DNA from: Mobula hypostoma
Taxonomy: Eukaryota
Assembly (NCBI RefSeq): GCF_963921235.1
Contig: NC_086098.1
Span: forward strand, 3,906,001-3,970,000
Direction of reading: 5' to 3'
Length of the DNA: 64,000 nucleotides
In this document: positions 1 through 12,139 of the stretch, one piece after another
Position numbering within the stretch: the first letter of the stretch is position 1
Layout: each line of letters begins with the position of its first letter
Program-made: the position numbers and the translations under genes
The notes under the pieces: generated by a model
The model's database searches: none
Told to the model about the DNA's origin: nothing
The model's input: only the letters and a program-made list of their open reading frames with translations

Positions 1-1139
1 CTTTAATTAAATAATAAGTTGTCAGTCGAACATAGTGTTTCATCTGTATTTTCAGCACCAAAGGCGTTATTTAAAAAAAAACTTGGCTGAAGTGAAGTTA
101 GGTCAGATTTTTAATTTTTTCAGTGCTAATTAATAGCAAGACTTTATTATTGATCATGATTGATTAAAGAGAATAGGCTTTGTGCATTCTGCTTTGTTAA
201 TATGCCTTGTTCATTTTTAAAATCTACAACAGGCTTTAACACTTTCAGAATTAAATTGTTCATTCCCCATTTACCGATTTGGAAGCTCAGAAATAGTATT
301 CAGCCTGTGAAACGTGTTGAGCCTTTGTCCTCTGTGGGAGTCCACCCTTTGTCCTAACTGGATGCGTTTTTAGGCCACTTGTGTTTCAACTGTTGCAACA
401 ACAGATTAGCGGAGTACAGGATATCGATTTAATTGCGCACCAGACAAGAGCCCCTTATGTTATATCACTTTCTCAACCCCGTCTACAGCTTTACTTTCCA
501 GCTTTGTGTTATCTGTAGTGTTCTTCTGAAAGAGCTCTCTGTTCTATTCTTTTTTTCTCTCCCCACCACTTCTCCTTTCTTCCCAATTAGGAATTATTTT
601 AGCTTATCTGCAGTTTGGGGGTTAATTAAAACGGAGACCATCCAGGAGACCGAATAAAGGCTCGGTGGACGCAGTTGCAATTACTTCTTGGGTTTCTTTG
701 GAGATTGAAGCCTGCGATTGCTTTGAGCTGGACAGATGCAAGACAATAGCGAAAGGTTGAATGCCATGTAAGTGAAAAATGGAGAGACATTGCTGGGAAG
801 AAAGAGAGATTCTCTGTAATAAGAAGGAGAAGCAAATGACCTTTTTGTGGTGGAGCTTTGGCTTTTAACTGTAATTCTAGGACATGACTAACAACTTAAT
901 CAGCAGAAACTCCTGGCAACTCTCCAAGCACTTCCAGAGTATACCTAGCAGTAAAGCAAAGCAAAGATGAGTGATAGCCTTGATAGCTGTATATTATCTT
1001 CCCCGTGAGAGAGCGGCATAGTGAAGGTGCTGTCAGTCACCTAGAACTTGTACTTCTTTTAATTGCTATATCAGGGACAGCCAGTAAAATGCTGACCTGC
1101 CCTGCTAGTTTCTAACTGCAAAGCCAAAACTGCAACTCT

Positions 1140-1432
1140 GGCTCTGTGGTTTGCATGAGGTTATTACAGTTAAGATGTAGGAGTTCCGTGTTCAATCTCT
1201 CCACTCTGTAAGAAAGTTTGTACTTTCTTCCCTTGAGCGCATGATTTTCCTCTGGCTGCTCCAGTTTCCTGCCACAGTCCAAAAATGTACCGGTTAGTAG
1301 GTTAATTGGTCATTGTAAATTGACCTGTGATTATGCTTGGGTTAAATAGGTGTGTTGCTGGGTGGGGGTGGAGGTGAAGCTCGGGGAGCAGGAAAGGCCT
1401 GTTCTGTACTGTATCTCTAAATAAATAAATAT
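1140..1432 (+). mobile_element. tRNA-derived V-SINE-like element (HE1-like)
   Basis: Degenerate tRNA-like head, V-domain-like 'ctccagtttcctgccacagtccaaa...ggttaattggtcattgtaaattg', LINE-like tail ending in (aaat)n. Confidence 0.75.
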
Positions 1433-1464
1433 AAGCAGTAAAATTTTGGAAAAGCATCAATGTG

Positions 1465-1602
1465 AACACAAGCGATTCTGCAGATGCTAGATATCCAGGG
1501 TAATACCCACACAAAATGCCGGAGGAATTCAGCAGGTCAGGCAACATCTGTGGAAATGAATAAGCAGTCGACGTTTCAGGCCAAGACCCTTCTTCAGATC
1601 TG
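1465..1602 (-). mobile_element. Penelope terminal-repeat fragment with an intact hammerhead core
   Basis: Minus strand reads CAGAT-CTGAAGA-AGGGTCTTGGCCT-GAAAC-GTC-GACTG. It continues into the same '...gatgttgcctgacctgctgaattcctcc...' tail found downstream of the Penelope GIY-YIG remnant at 26986-27520. Confidence 0.75.
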
Positions 1603-2074
1603 TCACCTGCAAGATGTGTTTGAAACTAGAATTTAAATTGTTATCTCAAAATGAGCAAAGTTATCCACCCCAGAGTCGGACTTAGCAGAAACAGATCATA
1701 ACATCAGAAGAATTATGCCCCGTTTAGTCCACAAACCTCTTGTGTTCTCTCTGAAGGAATTCTGATTTCCATGTCATTGAACCACTATTGATATTTCTGA
1801 ACATTTGTTTACCTTGCAGCTCCTTTTCCCACATAAATTTATGTTTCATTTTTACTGAAGGAATATGGAAGAGTTGACATGTTATACATTGCACTGCAGA
1901 AGTGACCACACTTTTGAAAACTGATAGGTTTTGACTGTGCAGTTTGAAACCAGCAGGGCAGGTCAACTCTTTACTGGCTGTCCCTGAAACAAGAATTAAA
2001 AGGAGTGCAAGTTGTAGTTGACAGACAGGACTTTCACTATGCCGCCCTCTCATGGGGGAGTTAATATACAGCTA

Positions 2075-2350
2075 TATTTATTTATTGAGATATAGCCTGG
2101 AACAGGCCATTCTGCCCAAAGAGCCATGGCACCCAGCAACCCACTGATTTAACCCCAAAGGTCGATTTACAATTATCTGTCTACCTACTAACCAGTATGT
2201 CTTTCGATAGTGGGAGGAAACCCCCACGTTCCATGGGGAGGACGTACAGACTCGTTACAGAGGACATAAGAGTTGAACTCTGAACTCTGACACCCCATGC
2301 TGTAATAGTGTCACGCTAACTGCTGTGCTACTGTGGTCCCACGCCACCAC
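2075..2350 (-). mobile_element. V-SINE-like element
   Basis: Reverse-complement similarity to 1140-1432 and 17220-17555, including 'tttcctcccactatcgaaagac' and the (aaat) tail. Confidence 0.7.
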
Positions 2351-2416
2351 GTTAAGGAACAATTTTTAACCCTTCAGCCATCAGGCTTCAGTGATGAGGT
2401 GAGTGGACATCATCAG

Positions 2417-3310
2417 ATTTTTATAAATGACCTGGATGAGGAAGTAGAGGAGTGGGTTAGTAAATTTGCTGATGACACAAATGTTGGGGGTGTTGTGGAT
2501 AGTGTGGGGGGCTGTCAGAGGTTTCAGCGGGACATTGAAAGGATGCAAAACTGGGCTGAGAAGTGACAGATGAAGTTCAACCCAGATAAGTGTGAGGTGG
2601 TTCATTTTGGTAGGTCAAATATGATGGCAGAATATAGTATTAATAATAAGACTCTTGGCAGTGTGGAGGATCAGAGGGATCTTGGGGTCTGAGTCCATAG
2701 GACACTCAAAGCTGCTGTGCAAGTTGACTCTGTGGTTAAGAAGGCATACAATGCATTGGCCTTCATCAATCATGGGATTGAGTTTAAGAGCCGAGAGGTA
2801 ATGTTACAGCTATATAGGAGCCTGGTTAGACCCCACTTGGAGTTCTGTGTTCAGTTCTGGTCACCTCACTACAGGAAGGATGTGGAAACTATAGAAAGGG
2901 TGCAGAGGAGATTTACAAGGATGTTGCTTGGATTGGGGTGCATGCCTTATGAGAATAGGGTGAGTGAACTCGGCCTTTTCTCCTTTGAGTGACAGAGGGT
3001 GAGAGGTGGCCTGATAGATGACCTCTCAGATGATGAGAGGCGCTGATCGTGTGGATAGTCAGAGGCTTTTTCCCAGGGCTGAAATGGCAAACACGAGAGG
3101 GCACAGAGTGGTGAGTGTGCGGAATGGGCTGCCGGCGACGGCGGTGGAGAGAGATACGATAGGGTCTTTTTAGAGACTCCTGGATAGGTATATGGAGCTT
3201 AGAAAAATAGAGGGCTATGGGTAACCCTGGGTAATTTCTAAAATAAGTACGTGTTCGGCACAGCATTGTGGTTGAAGGGCCTGTAGGGTTTTCTTTGTTT
3301 CTATGATTCC
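2417..3310 (+). mobile_element. 5'-truncated CR1/L2-clade LINE (RT C-terminal part and 3' UTR)
   Basis: Peptides 'IFINDLDEEVEEWVSKFADDT' and 'LYRSLVRPHLEFCVQFWSP'; broken by stops; ends in a ctatg/tt-type tail. Confidence 0.92.
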
Positions 3311-3944
3311 GCAAACTATGGACTCACTTTAAAGGACTTGATATCTTGTTCTGAGTATTATTTGTTTGTATTTGCACAGTTTGTCTTCTTTCGCACATCG
3401 ATTGTTTGTCAGTCCTCTTGTGTAATATTTCTTTGTTTTATTGTGAACTTCTGTAGGAAAATGAATATCAAGGTAGAATGCAATGCATGTATGTTATTTC
3501 ATAATAAATTTACTTTGAATATATGAAAAGTACTTGATTGGTCATGAGAGTTATATTTATTCACTAATTCTTTCCTCACCTCAATGCAATAGGCTTTGAT
3601 GTGGTGAGATACTGACTATAAATGGAGCCCAGAACCGATGACATGGAGGATCTTGTCTGTCATTTGTAAAGGTCTTGTGTGAAATTAGTTCGGAAGTTCC
3701 TTGTGAACAGGACCTACAGCACTTGATCTACCACCCAGAGAGGCCCGAGGATGGCTGGTGGAGGCAGAAACTTTCACATGAATGCACTGAGAGGTTTGCT
3801 GTAGGGTGCTCGACAAGCATATTGTGGAAAGAGAGTGGTAGATTTAATCTGCATCTGAAAAAGGTTAATGCTGACATTGTGTGACCAAATTGGAAAGGTT
3901 GAGCAGAGGCTTTACTTTGTTCAGTGATGCTTTCACTTTTTCAA

Positions 3945-4475
3945 TTATTTATTTAGTGATAGAGCTCAGAGTAGGCCCTTGCGGCCCTTCGAGCTGCACT
4001 GCCCCTGCAATGCTGACCAACCCTGATTTAACCCTAACCTAACCATGGGGCCATTTAACCCACGCGGTATGTCCGTGGACAGTGGGAGGAAACGGAAACA
4101 CCTGGAGAAACCCATGCACTCCACAGGGAGGATATGAGGAATGAAGAGGAATTTTTTTAGCCAGAGTGGTGAATCTGTGGAAATCATTACTACAGGCAGC
4201 TGTGGAGGCCAAGTGTTTATATGTATTTAAGGCAGAGGTTGATGGATTCTTGATTGGTCAGAGCATGAAGGGATACAGGGAGAAGGTAGGATATTGGGGT
4301 TGAGAAGGATAATAAATCTGCCATGAGGGAATGGTGGAGCAGACTTGATGGGCTGAACAGCCTAACCCTGCTTCTTTATATTATGATATTATGGACTTTC
4401 AGAGGACACCGTAATTGAATTCTGAACTCTGATGCTTCAAGCTTTCATAGCGTTAGGCTAACCGCTATGCAACCC
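3945..4475 (-). mobile_element. V-SINE-like element interrupted by a + strand CR1 3' fragment (about 4140-4392)
   Basis: The SINE halves flank 'atgaagaggaatttttttagccagag...ctgcttctttatattatg', a CR1 3' end also seen elsewhere in the window. Confidence 0.7.
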
Positions 4476-5159
4476 ATGAATCTGCGTGTACCAAATCATA
4501 ATTTTTAACTTCCCTGCCCTTGTCTCAGTGTCTTTTCCATGATCAAGCAAATAGTCTGAGAGTGAAAATTGTTCAGGAGGAGTTTGAAAATAAAAAATAT
4601 ACACTTTTTGGGATGCAAATTATAGAATGAGCTGGCAGCGTAGGTGGTAGATGCATTTCGATTGCAACTTTTAAGAGAAATTTGGATAAATACATGAATG
4701 GGTAGAGGGCTATGGTCCAGGGGTAGGTCGATGGGACTAGGCAGAATAATAATAGTTTGGCATGGACTAGATGAGCTGAAGGCCTGTTTCAATGGTGTAG
4801 TGTTCTATGACTCTACAACTAAACTCGGTTCTGATATAAAACTGCATATCCAAGTGTAAAAACAGTAAGCATTTGATAATGAAAATGATCAGAATTTGAC
4901 ATTTTCCTTAAATAAATAGTGATATAGAGTGGAAGATGATTTGGGGTTGACCGTACTAACTTGAGAAATTTGATTGTCTTACTGATTTAGATATATAAAC
5001 ATTTATACTTGCATTGGTTTATTATTACCACAGCTACCTATTCCAAAAGCTCATCTTGCATACTGTTTTAGACAAATCAGGTAAATTACACAGTCCTTTG
5101 AGCTAACTGAGGTAACAACAACAGAGCAAAATAAAGTGGGAAAGAAAACAGAAGTTCAA

Positions 5160-5765
5160 GATTGAGTTTAAGAGCCGAGAGGTAATGTTACAGCTATATA
5201 GGACCCTGGTCAGACCCCACTTGGAGTACTGTGCTCAGTTCTGGTCACCTCATTACAGGAAGAGTGTGGAAACTATAGACAGGGTGCAGAGGAGATTTAC
5301 AGGGATGTTGCCTGGATTGGGGAGCATGCCTTATGAGAATAGGCTGAGTGAACTTGGCCTTTTTTCCTTGGAGCAAAGGAGGATAAGAGGTGACCTGATA
5401 GAGGTGTATAAGATGATGAGAGGCATTGATTGTGTGGATAGTCAGAGGCTTTTTCCCAGGGCTGAAATGGCTAGCATGAGAGGGCACAGTTTTAAGGTGC
5501 TTGGAAGTAGGTACAGAGGGGCTTTCAGGGGTAAGTTTTTTACACAGAGAGTGGTGAGTGCATGGAATAGGCTGCCGGCGGCGGTGGTGGAGGCGGATAC
5601 AATAAGATCTTTTAAGAGACTCCTGGACAGGTACATGGAGCTTAGAAAAATACAGGGCTATGGGTAACCCTAGGTAATTTCTCAGGTAAGGACATGTTCG
5701 GCACAGCTTTGTGGGCCGAAGGGCCTGTATTGTGCTGTAGGTCTTCTGTCTTTCTATGTTCTGTG
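5160..5765 (+). mobile_element. CR1-type LINE 3' fragment
   Basis: ORF 5185-5667 (LYRTLVRPHLEYCAQFWSP...FFTQRVVSAWN...) followed by a 3' UTR with a ttctatgtt tail. Confidence 0.92.
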
Positions 5766-5831
5766 TAAAAGAATGCAGTGCGGGTAAACGATAAGGTACA
5801 AGATCATAATGAGGTGGTCAAGAGTCCATCT

Positions 5832-6660
5832 TAGAACATAGAACATAGAAATCTACAACACATTACAGGCCCTTCGGCCCACAATGTTGAGCCTACCATG
5901 TAACCTGCTCTAGAAACTGCCTAGAATTTCCCTACCACATAGCCCTCTATTTTCCTAAGCTCCATGCCTATCTAAGAGGCTCCTAAAAGACCCTGTTGTA
6001 TCCGCTTCCACCACTGCCACCGGCAGTGCATTCCACGCACCCACCACTCTCTTTGTGGAAAAACTTACCCCTGACATCCCCTCTGTACCTACTTCCAAGC
6101 ACCTTAAAACTATGCCCCCTCATGTTAGCCATTTCAACCTTGGGAAAAAGCCACTGTCTGTAACATTACCTCTCGGCTCTTGAACTCAATCCCACGGTTG
6201 ATGAAGGTCATCAGATCATATGCCTTCTTAACCACACTGTCAGCCTGTGCAACAGCTTTGAGTGTCCTATGGACATGGACCCCAAGATCTTGCTGATCCT
6301 CCTCACTGCCAAGAGTCCTAAATATTAATCCTATATTCTGTCTTCAAATTTGACCTACCAAAATGAACCACTTCACACTTACTTGTGATGAAGTCCATCT
6401 GCCACTATTCAGCCCAGTTCTGCATCCTATTGATGTCATGCTCTAACCTCTGCCAACACTCCAGACTATCCACAACTCCCCCAACCTTTGTGTCATCAGC
6501 AAACTTACTAACCCAGCCTTCTACTTCTTCATCCAACAACACACAAAAAGGCTGGAGGAACTCAGCAGGCCAGGCAGCACCTATGGAAAAGAGTACGGTT
6601 GATTCTTCAGGCCGAAACCCTTCGGCAGGATATTTCTTCATCCAGGGCATTTATAAAAAT
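5832..6660 (-). mobile_element. CR1-type LINE 3' fragment, internally deleted, carrying a Penelope-repeat insertion at 6536-6633
   Basis: (tagaaca)n tail at about 5832; 'WVSKFADDTKVGG' on the minus strand; the insertion is flanked by the 11-bp direct repeat ttcttcatcca. Confidence 0.9.
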
Positions 6661-8339
6661 CATCTTATCGTACCGGAGGTCAGTTCAAGAGTCTGATGAC
6701 AACGGGGTAGAAGCAGTGCATGAGCCTGGTGGGACTCATATCTTCTGCACAATGGGAGAAGAGAGAACATCCAGGTTGGGTGGGCTCTTTGATTATGCTG
6801 GCTGCTTTATTTTATTCACATAATCTCTATATTGATTTAAGCTCACTCTGATATTGATTAAGACCAGGAATGTAGTTGACACCATGTCTCTGATGTTATA
6901 GAACCTTGCTAGAGTTCATACCAAGGAAATAACAGTGGGGCCTATTGCATACGTGACAATCAAGAAAGGGCTACCCAACCCAATCACATCATCCAGCACC
7001 AGTTCTGTAGCCCTTTAGTTTACTATTTTTCAAGGACACATTTATGTTGGTGGGTTTCTGTCTTCATTACCCTTTCTGACAATTTAGGCTTAGTTTCAGA
7101 AAAAAACAGCCCCTTCTAATCCAATCAATTACTATAAACCTCTGCCCCCTGATTTTGAACCTTCTAAAAGAAGTAAGATTTTCCTGTTGATAGGTTCTTG
7201 ATTAGTAAGGGCGTCAAAGGTTATGGAGAGAAGGCAGGAGAATGGGGTTGAGAGGGATAATAAATCAGCCATGATGGAATGGTGGAGCTGACTCGATGGG
7301 CTGAATAACGTCATTCTGTTTCTTTATGTTATGTTCTTTCAGATCTTGAACTGTCCATTCCATTTATGTCAATATTCAAAACAAAATTCTGGCTAATGAA
7401 AATCATAAATTGAATGCTATTTCTTCTGGCAGTTCTACTTATCAGAGCTCATAACTAATTCTGTGTTTCTACCTTGTCCCTCTGTGCTGCACAATATAAC
7501 AAGTAGCAGCAAATTGACCTTCATTTGATCTGCTTTCTCATCAGTGGCACTGACAATCTTTCAGATAATTGTTTCTTGGAAAATCATTTAATGAGGCGAC
7601 AATGCTATATTGGCAAGATGGTTGAGTAATGAATTACTTGAAAGTACCGGAGGTCTGCAGTGGAGCATTTTTATAATGAGTTCTTGTTTACCTGGTGGAC
7701 CCAATTTTCAAAGGAACTATTTTGAAAATCATCTCTCCACGGGTTAGTTTAGTTAACAATGCAGAAGCAAAGGTTGTTAAGAAGGACATACTAAATTCTG
7801 TACACATTTCCTGCTATTTCTATCAACTCTGCTTTCCATAAGACCATAAGATATAGGAGCAGAAGTAGGCCATTCGGTCCATCGAGTCTGCTCTGCCATT
7901 CAATCATGGGTTGATCCAGTTCTTTCAGTCATCTGCCTTCTCCCCATATCCTTTGATGCCCAGGCTAATTAAGAACCTATCTATCTTTGCCTTAAATACA
8001 CCCAATGACTTGGCTCCACCGCTGCTCAAGGCAACAAATACCACAGATTTACCACCCTCTGACTAAAGTAATTTCTTTGCCTCTCTGTTTTAAATGGATG
8101 TCCTTCAATCCTGAAGTTGTGCCCTCTTGTCCTAGACTCCCCTACCATGGGAAATAACTTTGCCATATCTAATCTGTTCAGGCCTTTTAGCATTCGGAAT
8201 GTTTCTATACGATTCCCCCCTCATTCTCCAGAACTCCATGGAACAGAACCCAAGAGCTGCCAGACATTCCTCATACGGTAACCCTTTCATTCCTGGAATC
8301 ATTTACGTGATTTTTCTCTGAACCCTCTCCAATGTCAGT

Positions 8340-8438
8340 GGACGGCATCCGTTAGTCTCACGAGACTATGGATCTATGCCTGGAAAGTCTTGCTTCCAAC
8401 TCTCCAGGGCGCAGGCCTGGGCAAGTTCGTATGGAAGA
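8340..8438 (-). mobile_element. 5'-truncated copy of the CORE-like SINE family
   Basis: Same 3' end as 24524-24835; 10-bp TSD caatgtcagt at 8330-8339 and 8439-8448. Confidence 0.8.
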
Positions 8439-10729
8439 CAATGTCAGTATATCCTTTCTAAAATAAGGAGCCCAAAACTACACACAATACTCCAAGTGTG
8501 GTCTCATGAGTGCTTTATGGAGCCTCAACATCACATCCCTGCTCTTATATCTTATACCTCTAGAAATGAATGCCAATATTGCATTCACCTTCTTCACCAC
8601 TGACTCAACCTGGAGGTTAATCATTAGGATATCCTGCACAAGGACTCCCAAGTCCCTTTGCATCTCTGCATTTTGAATTCTCTCCCCATCTAAATAATAG
8701 TCTGTCCATTTATTTCTTCCACCAAAGTGCATGACCATACACTTTCCAACATTGTAATTCACTTGCCACTTTTTTGCCCATTTCCCTAAACTACCTAAGT
8801 CTCGCTGCAGGCTCTCTGTTTCCTCAACACTACCCACTCCTCCACCTATCTTTGTATCGTCAGCAAATTTAACCGCAAATCCATTATTCCCATAGTCCAA
8901 ATTATCGACAGACATCGCAAAAAGCAGCAGTCCCAACACCGATCCCTGTGGAACTCCACTGGTAATCGGCAGCCAGCCAGAATAGGATCCCTTTATTCCC
9001 ACTCTCTGTTTTCTGTCGATCAGCCAATGCTTCACCCATGCTGGTAACTTTCCTGTAATTCCATGGGCTCTTATCTTGCTAAGCAGCCTCATGTGCGGCA
9101 CCTTGTCAAAGGCCTTCTGAAAATCCAAGTACACCACATCTACTACATCTCCTTTGTCTACCCTGCTTGTAATTTCCTCAAAAAATTGCAGTAGGTCAGT
9201 CAGGCAGGATTTTCCTTTCAGGAAACCATGCTGGCTTTGGCCTATCTTGTCATGTGCCTCGGAAATTTTGTAACCTCATCCCTAACAATCGATTCCAACA
9301 ACTTCCCAACCACTGATGTCAGGCAAACAGGTCTATAGTTTCCTTTCTGTTGCCTCCCACCCTTCTTAAATAGCTGAGTAACGTTTGTAATTTTCCAGTG
9401 ATCCGGTACAATGCCAGAATCTATCGATTCTTGAAAGATCATTGTTAATGCCTCCACAATCTCTCCCGTACTTCCTTCAGAACTGGAGGGTGCATTCAAT
9501 CAGGTCCAGGAGATTTATGCACCCTCAGACCATTAAGCTTCCTGAGCACCCTCTCAGTTGTAATTTTCACTGAACATACTTCACTTCCCTCTTGAAAGTC
9601 CGGTATACTGCAGACGTCTTCCACTGTGAAGCCTGATGCAAAATGCGCATTCAGTTCCACTGCCATCTCTGCACCTATCAATACAATATCTCCAGTGTCA
9701 TTTTCTATATCTATTGTCAACTCTCTTTTACCCTTCATATACTTAAAAAACTTTTGATATCTCCTTTGATATTAGTCGCCAGCTTCCTTTCAGAATTCAT
9801 CTTTTCCTTCCAATTAGCCTTCTTGGTTTCCTTCTGCAAGTTTTTAAAAACTTTCCAATCCTCTATCTTACCACTTCCTTTGGCTTCCTTGTATGCCCTC
9901 TCTTTTGCTTTCACTTTGGCTCTGACTTCACTTGTCAGCCACTGTAGTGTCCTTCTTCCATTCCAAAATTTCTTCTTATTTGGAATATATCTGTCTTTCA
10001 CTTCCCTCATTTTTCGCAGAAACTCCATTGCTGCTCTGCTGTCCTTCCTGAGGTGTCCCCTTCCAGTCAACCTTGGCTAGTTCCCCTCTCATGCCATTAT
10101 AATTTCCTTTATTCCACTGAAATACCGACACATTGGAATTTAATTTCTCCTCAAATTTCAAAGTGAACTCGAACATATTGTGATCACTGTTCCTTAACCT
10201 TAAGCTCTCTTATCACCTCTGGATCATTGCACAACTCCCAATCCAGCACAGCCGATCACCTAGTGGGATCAACAACTGTTCTAAAAAGCCATGCTTTAGA
10301 CATTCTACAAATTCTTTCTCTTGAGGTCCAGTATTGGCCTGGTTTTCCCAATCCACTTTCATGTTAAAATCCCCAACAATTATCATGACATTGCCCTCCT
10401 GACACCCCTTTTCTATCACCTGCTGCAATTTGTAATCCACATCTGGACTGCTGTTTGGAGGCCTGTATACAACTGCTGTTAGGGTCCTTTTACCCTTGCC
10501 ATTTCTTAACCCAATCCATAGAGGCTCTACACCTTCCGATCCTATGTCATTCCTTTCTAATAATTTAATGTTATTTCTTATACACAGGGTCACACCACCC
10601 TCCCTGCCTTCTAACCTATCTTTCAGATACACCATATATCCTTGGACATTCATCTCCCAGTGGCAGCCATACTTTAGCCAAGTGTCAGAAATGGCCACAA
10701 CTTGCCAATTTGTAGCTGAATTTATTCCT

Positions 10730-11905
10730 CATAGTCATAGTCATACTTTATTGATCCCGAGGGAAATTGGTTTTGGTTACAGTTGCATGATAAATAATTA
10801 AATAGTAATAAAACCATAAATAATTAAATAGTAATATGTAAATTATGCCAGTAAATTATGAAATAAGTCCAGGACCAGCCTATTGGCTCAGGGTGTCTGA
10901 CCCTCCAAGGGAGGAGTTGTAAAGTTTGATGGCCACAGGCAGAAATGACTTCCTATGACGCTCAGTGTTGCATCTTGGTGGAATGAGTCTCTGGCTGAAT
11001 GTACTCCTGTGCCCAACCAGTCCATTATGTGATGGGAGACATTGTCCAAGATGGCATGTAACTTGGACAGCATCCTCTTTTCAGACACCACAGTCAGAGA
11101 GTCCAGTTCCATCCCCACAACATCACTGGCCTTATGAATGAGTTTGTTGATTCTGTTGGTGTCTGCTACCCTCAGCCTGCTGCCCCAGCACACAACAGCA
11201 AAGATGATAGCACTGACCACCACAAACTCGTAGAACATCCTCAGCATCATCCGACAGATGTTAAAGGACCTCAGTCTCCTCAGGAAATAGAGACGGCTCT
11301 GACCCTTCTTGTAGACAGCCTCAGTGTTCTTTGACCAGTCCAGTTTATTGTCAATTCGTATCCCCAGGTACTTGTAATCCTCCACCATGTCCACACTGAC
11401 CCCCTGGATGGAAACAGGGGTCACCGGTGCCTTAGCTCTCCTCAGGTCTACCACTAGCAACTTTGTCTTTTTCACATTAAGCTGCAGATAATTCTGCTCA
11501 CACCATGAGACAAAGTTTCCTACCGTAGCCCTGTACTCAGCCTCATCTCCCTTGCTGATGCATCTAACTATGGCAGAGTCATCAGAAAACTTCTGAAGAT
11601 GACAAGACTCTGTGCAGTAGTTGAAGTCTGAGGTGTAAATGGTGAAGAGAAAGGGAGACAAGACAGTCCCCTGTGGAGCCCCAGTGCTGCTGATCACTCT
11701 GTCGGACACACAGTGTTGCAAGCACACATACTGTGGTCTGCCAGTCAGGTAATCAAGAATCCATGACACCAGGGAAGCATCCACCTGTATCGCTGTCAGC
11801 TTCTCCCCCAGCAGAGCAGGGCAGATGGTGTTGAACGCACTGGAGAAGTCAAAAAACATGACCCTCACAGTGCTGGCTGGCTTGTCCCGGTGGGTGTAGA
11901 CACGG
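10730..11905 (-). mobile_element. Rex1/Babar-type LINE, 5'-truncated, inserted in the CR1 endonuclease region
   Basis: ORF 10888-11919 has 'VRVMFFDFSSAFNTI', 'STGAPQGTVLSPFLFTIYTSD', 'KFSDD' and 'YKYLG...KKGQSRLYFLRRLRSF'; there is a frameshift near the C-terminus and an (atgact)n tail. Confidence 0.9.
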
Positions 11906-12139
11906 TATGCTGCATGCATTCAAATATAACACTTTCAGTCCAGTATTTGTTGCTTGGCTTTAACTACACCACACCTCTATTGCCCTGGCTGCGATTGTGC
12001 CTCATCTCCTGCCTGTCCTCTCTATCATCTCTGTTGCACGCTATCTTTGATTTATTTCTGTTTTCCGCTTCCTCAGCCCTATCATTCCGGTTCCCATTCC
12101 CCTGCCAAATTAGTTTAAACCCTCCCTAACAGCTCTATT

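Larger units (their letters stand above)
7838..12135 (-). mobile_element. CR1-type LINE covering most of ORF2 (endonuclease and RT), decayed and interrupted
   Basis: AP-endonuclease motifs 'VVYRPP' and 'IIVGDFN' (10213-10698); RT motifs 'YLDFQKAFDKVPH', 'GVPQGSVLG' and 'KFADD' (8478-9137); (ccataaga)n tail at 7838; many frameshifts. Confidence 0.93.

Noticed and set aside
3593..3671. Possible exon after 'caatgcaatAG'
   Set aside because: The donor is weak (AAG|gtcttg), there is no MMS22L similarity and nothing else supports it.
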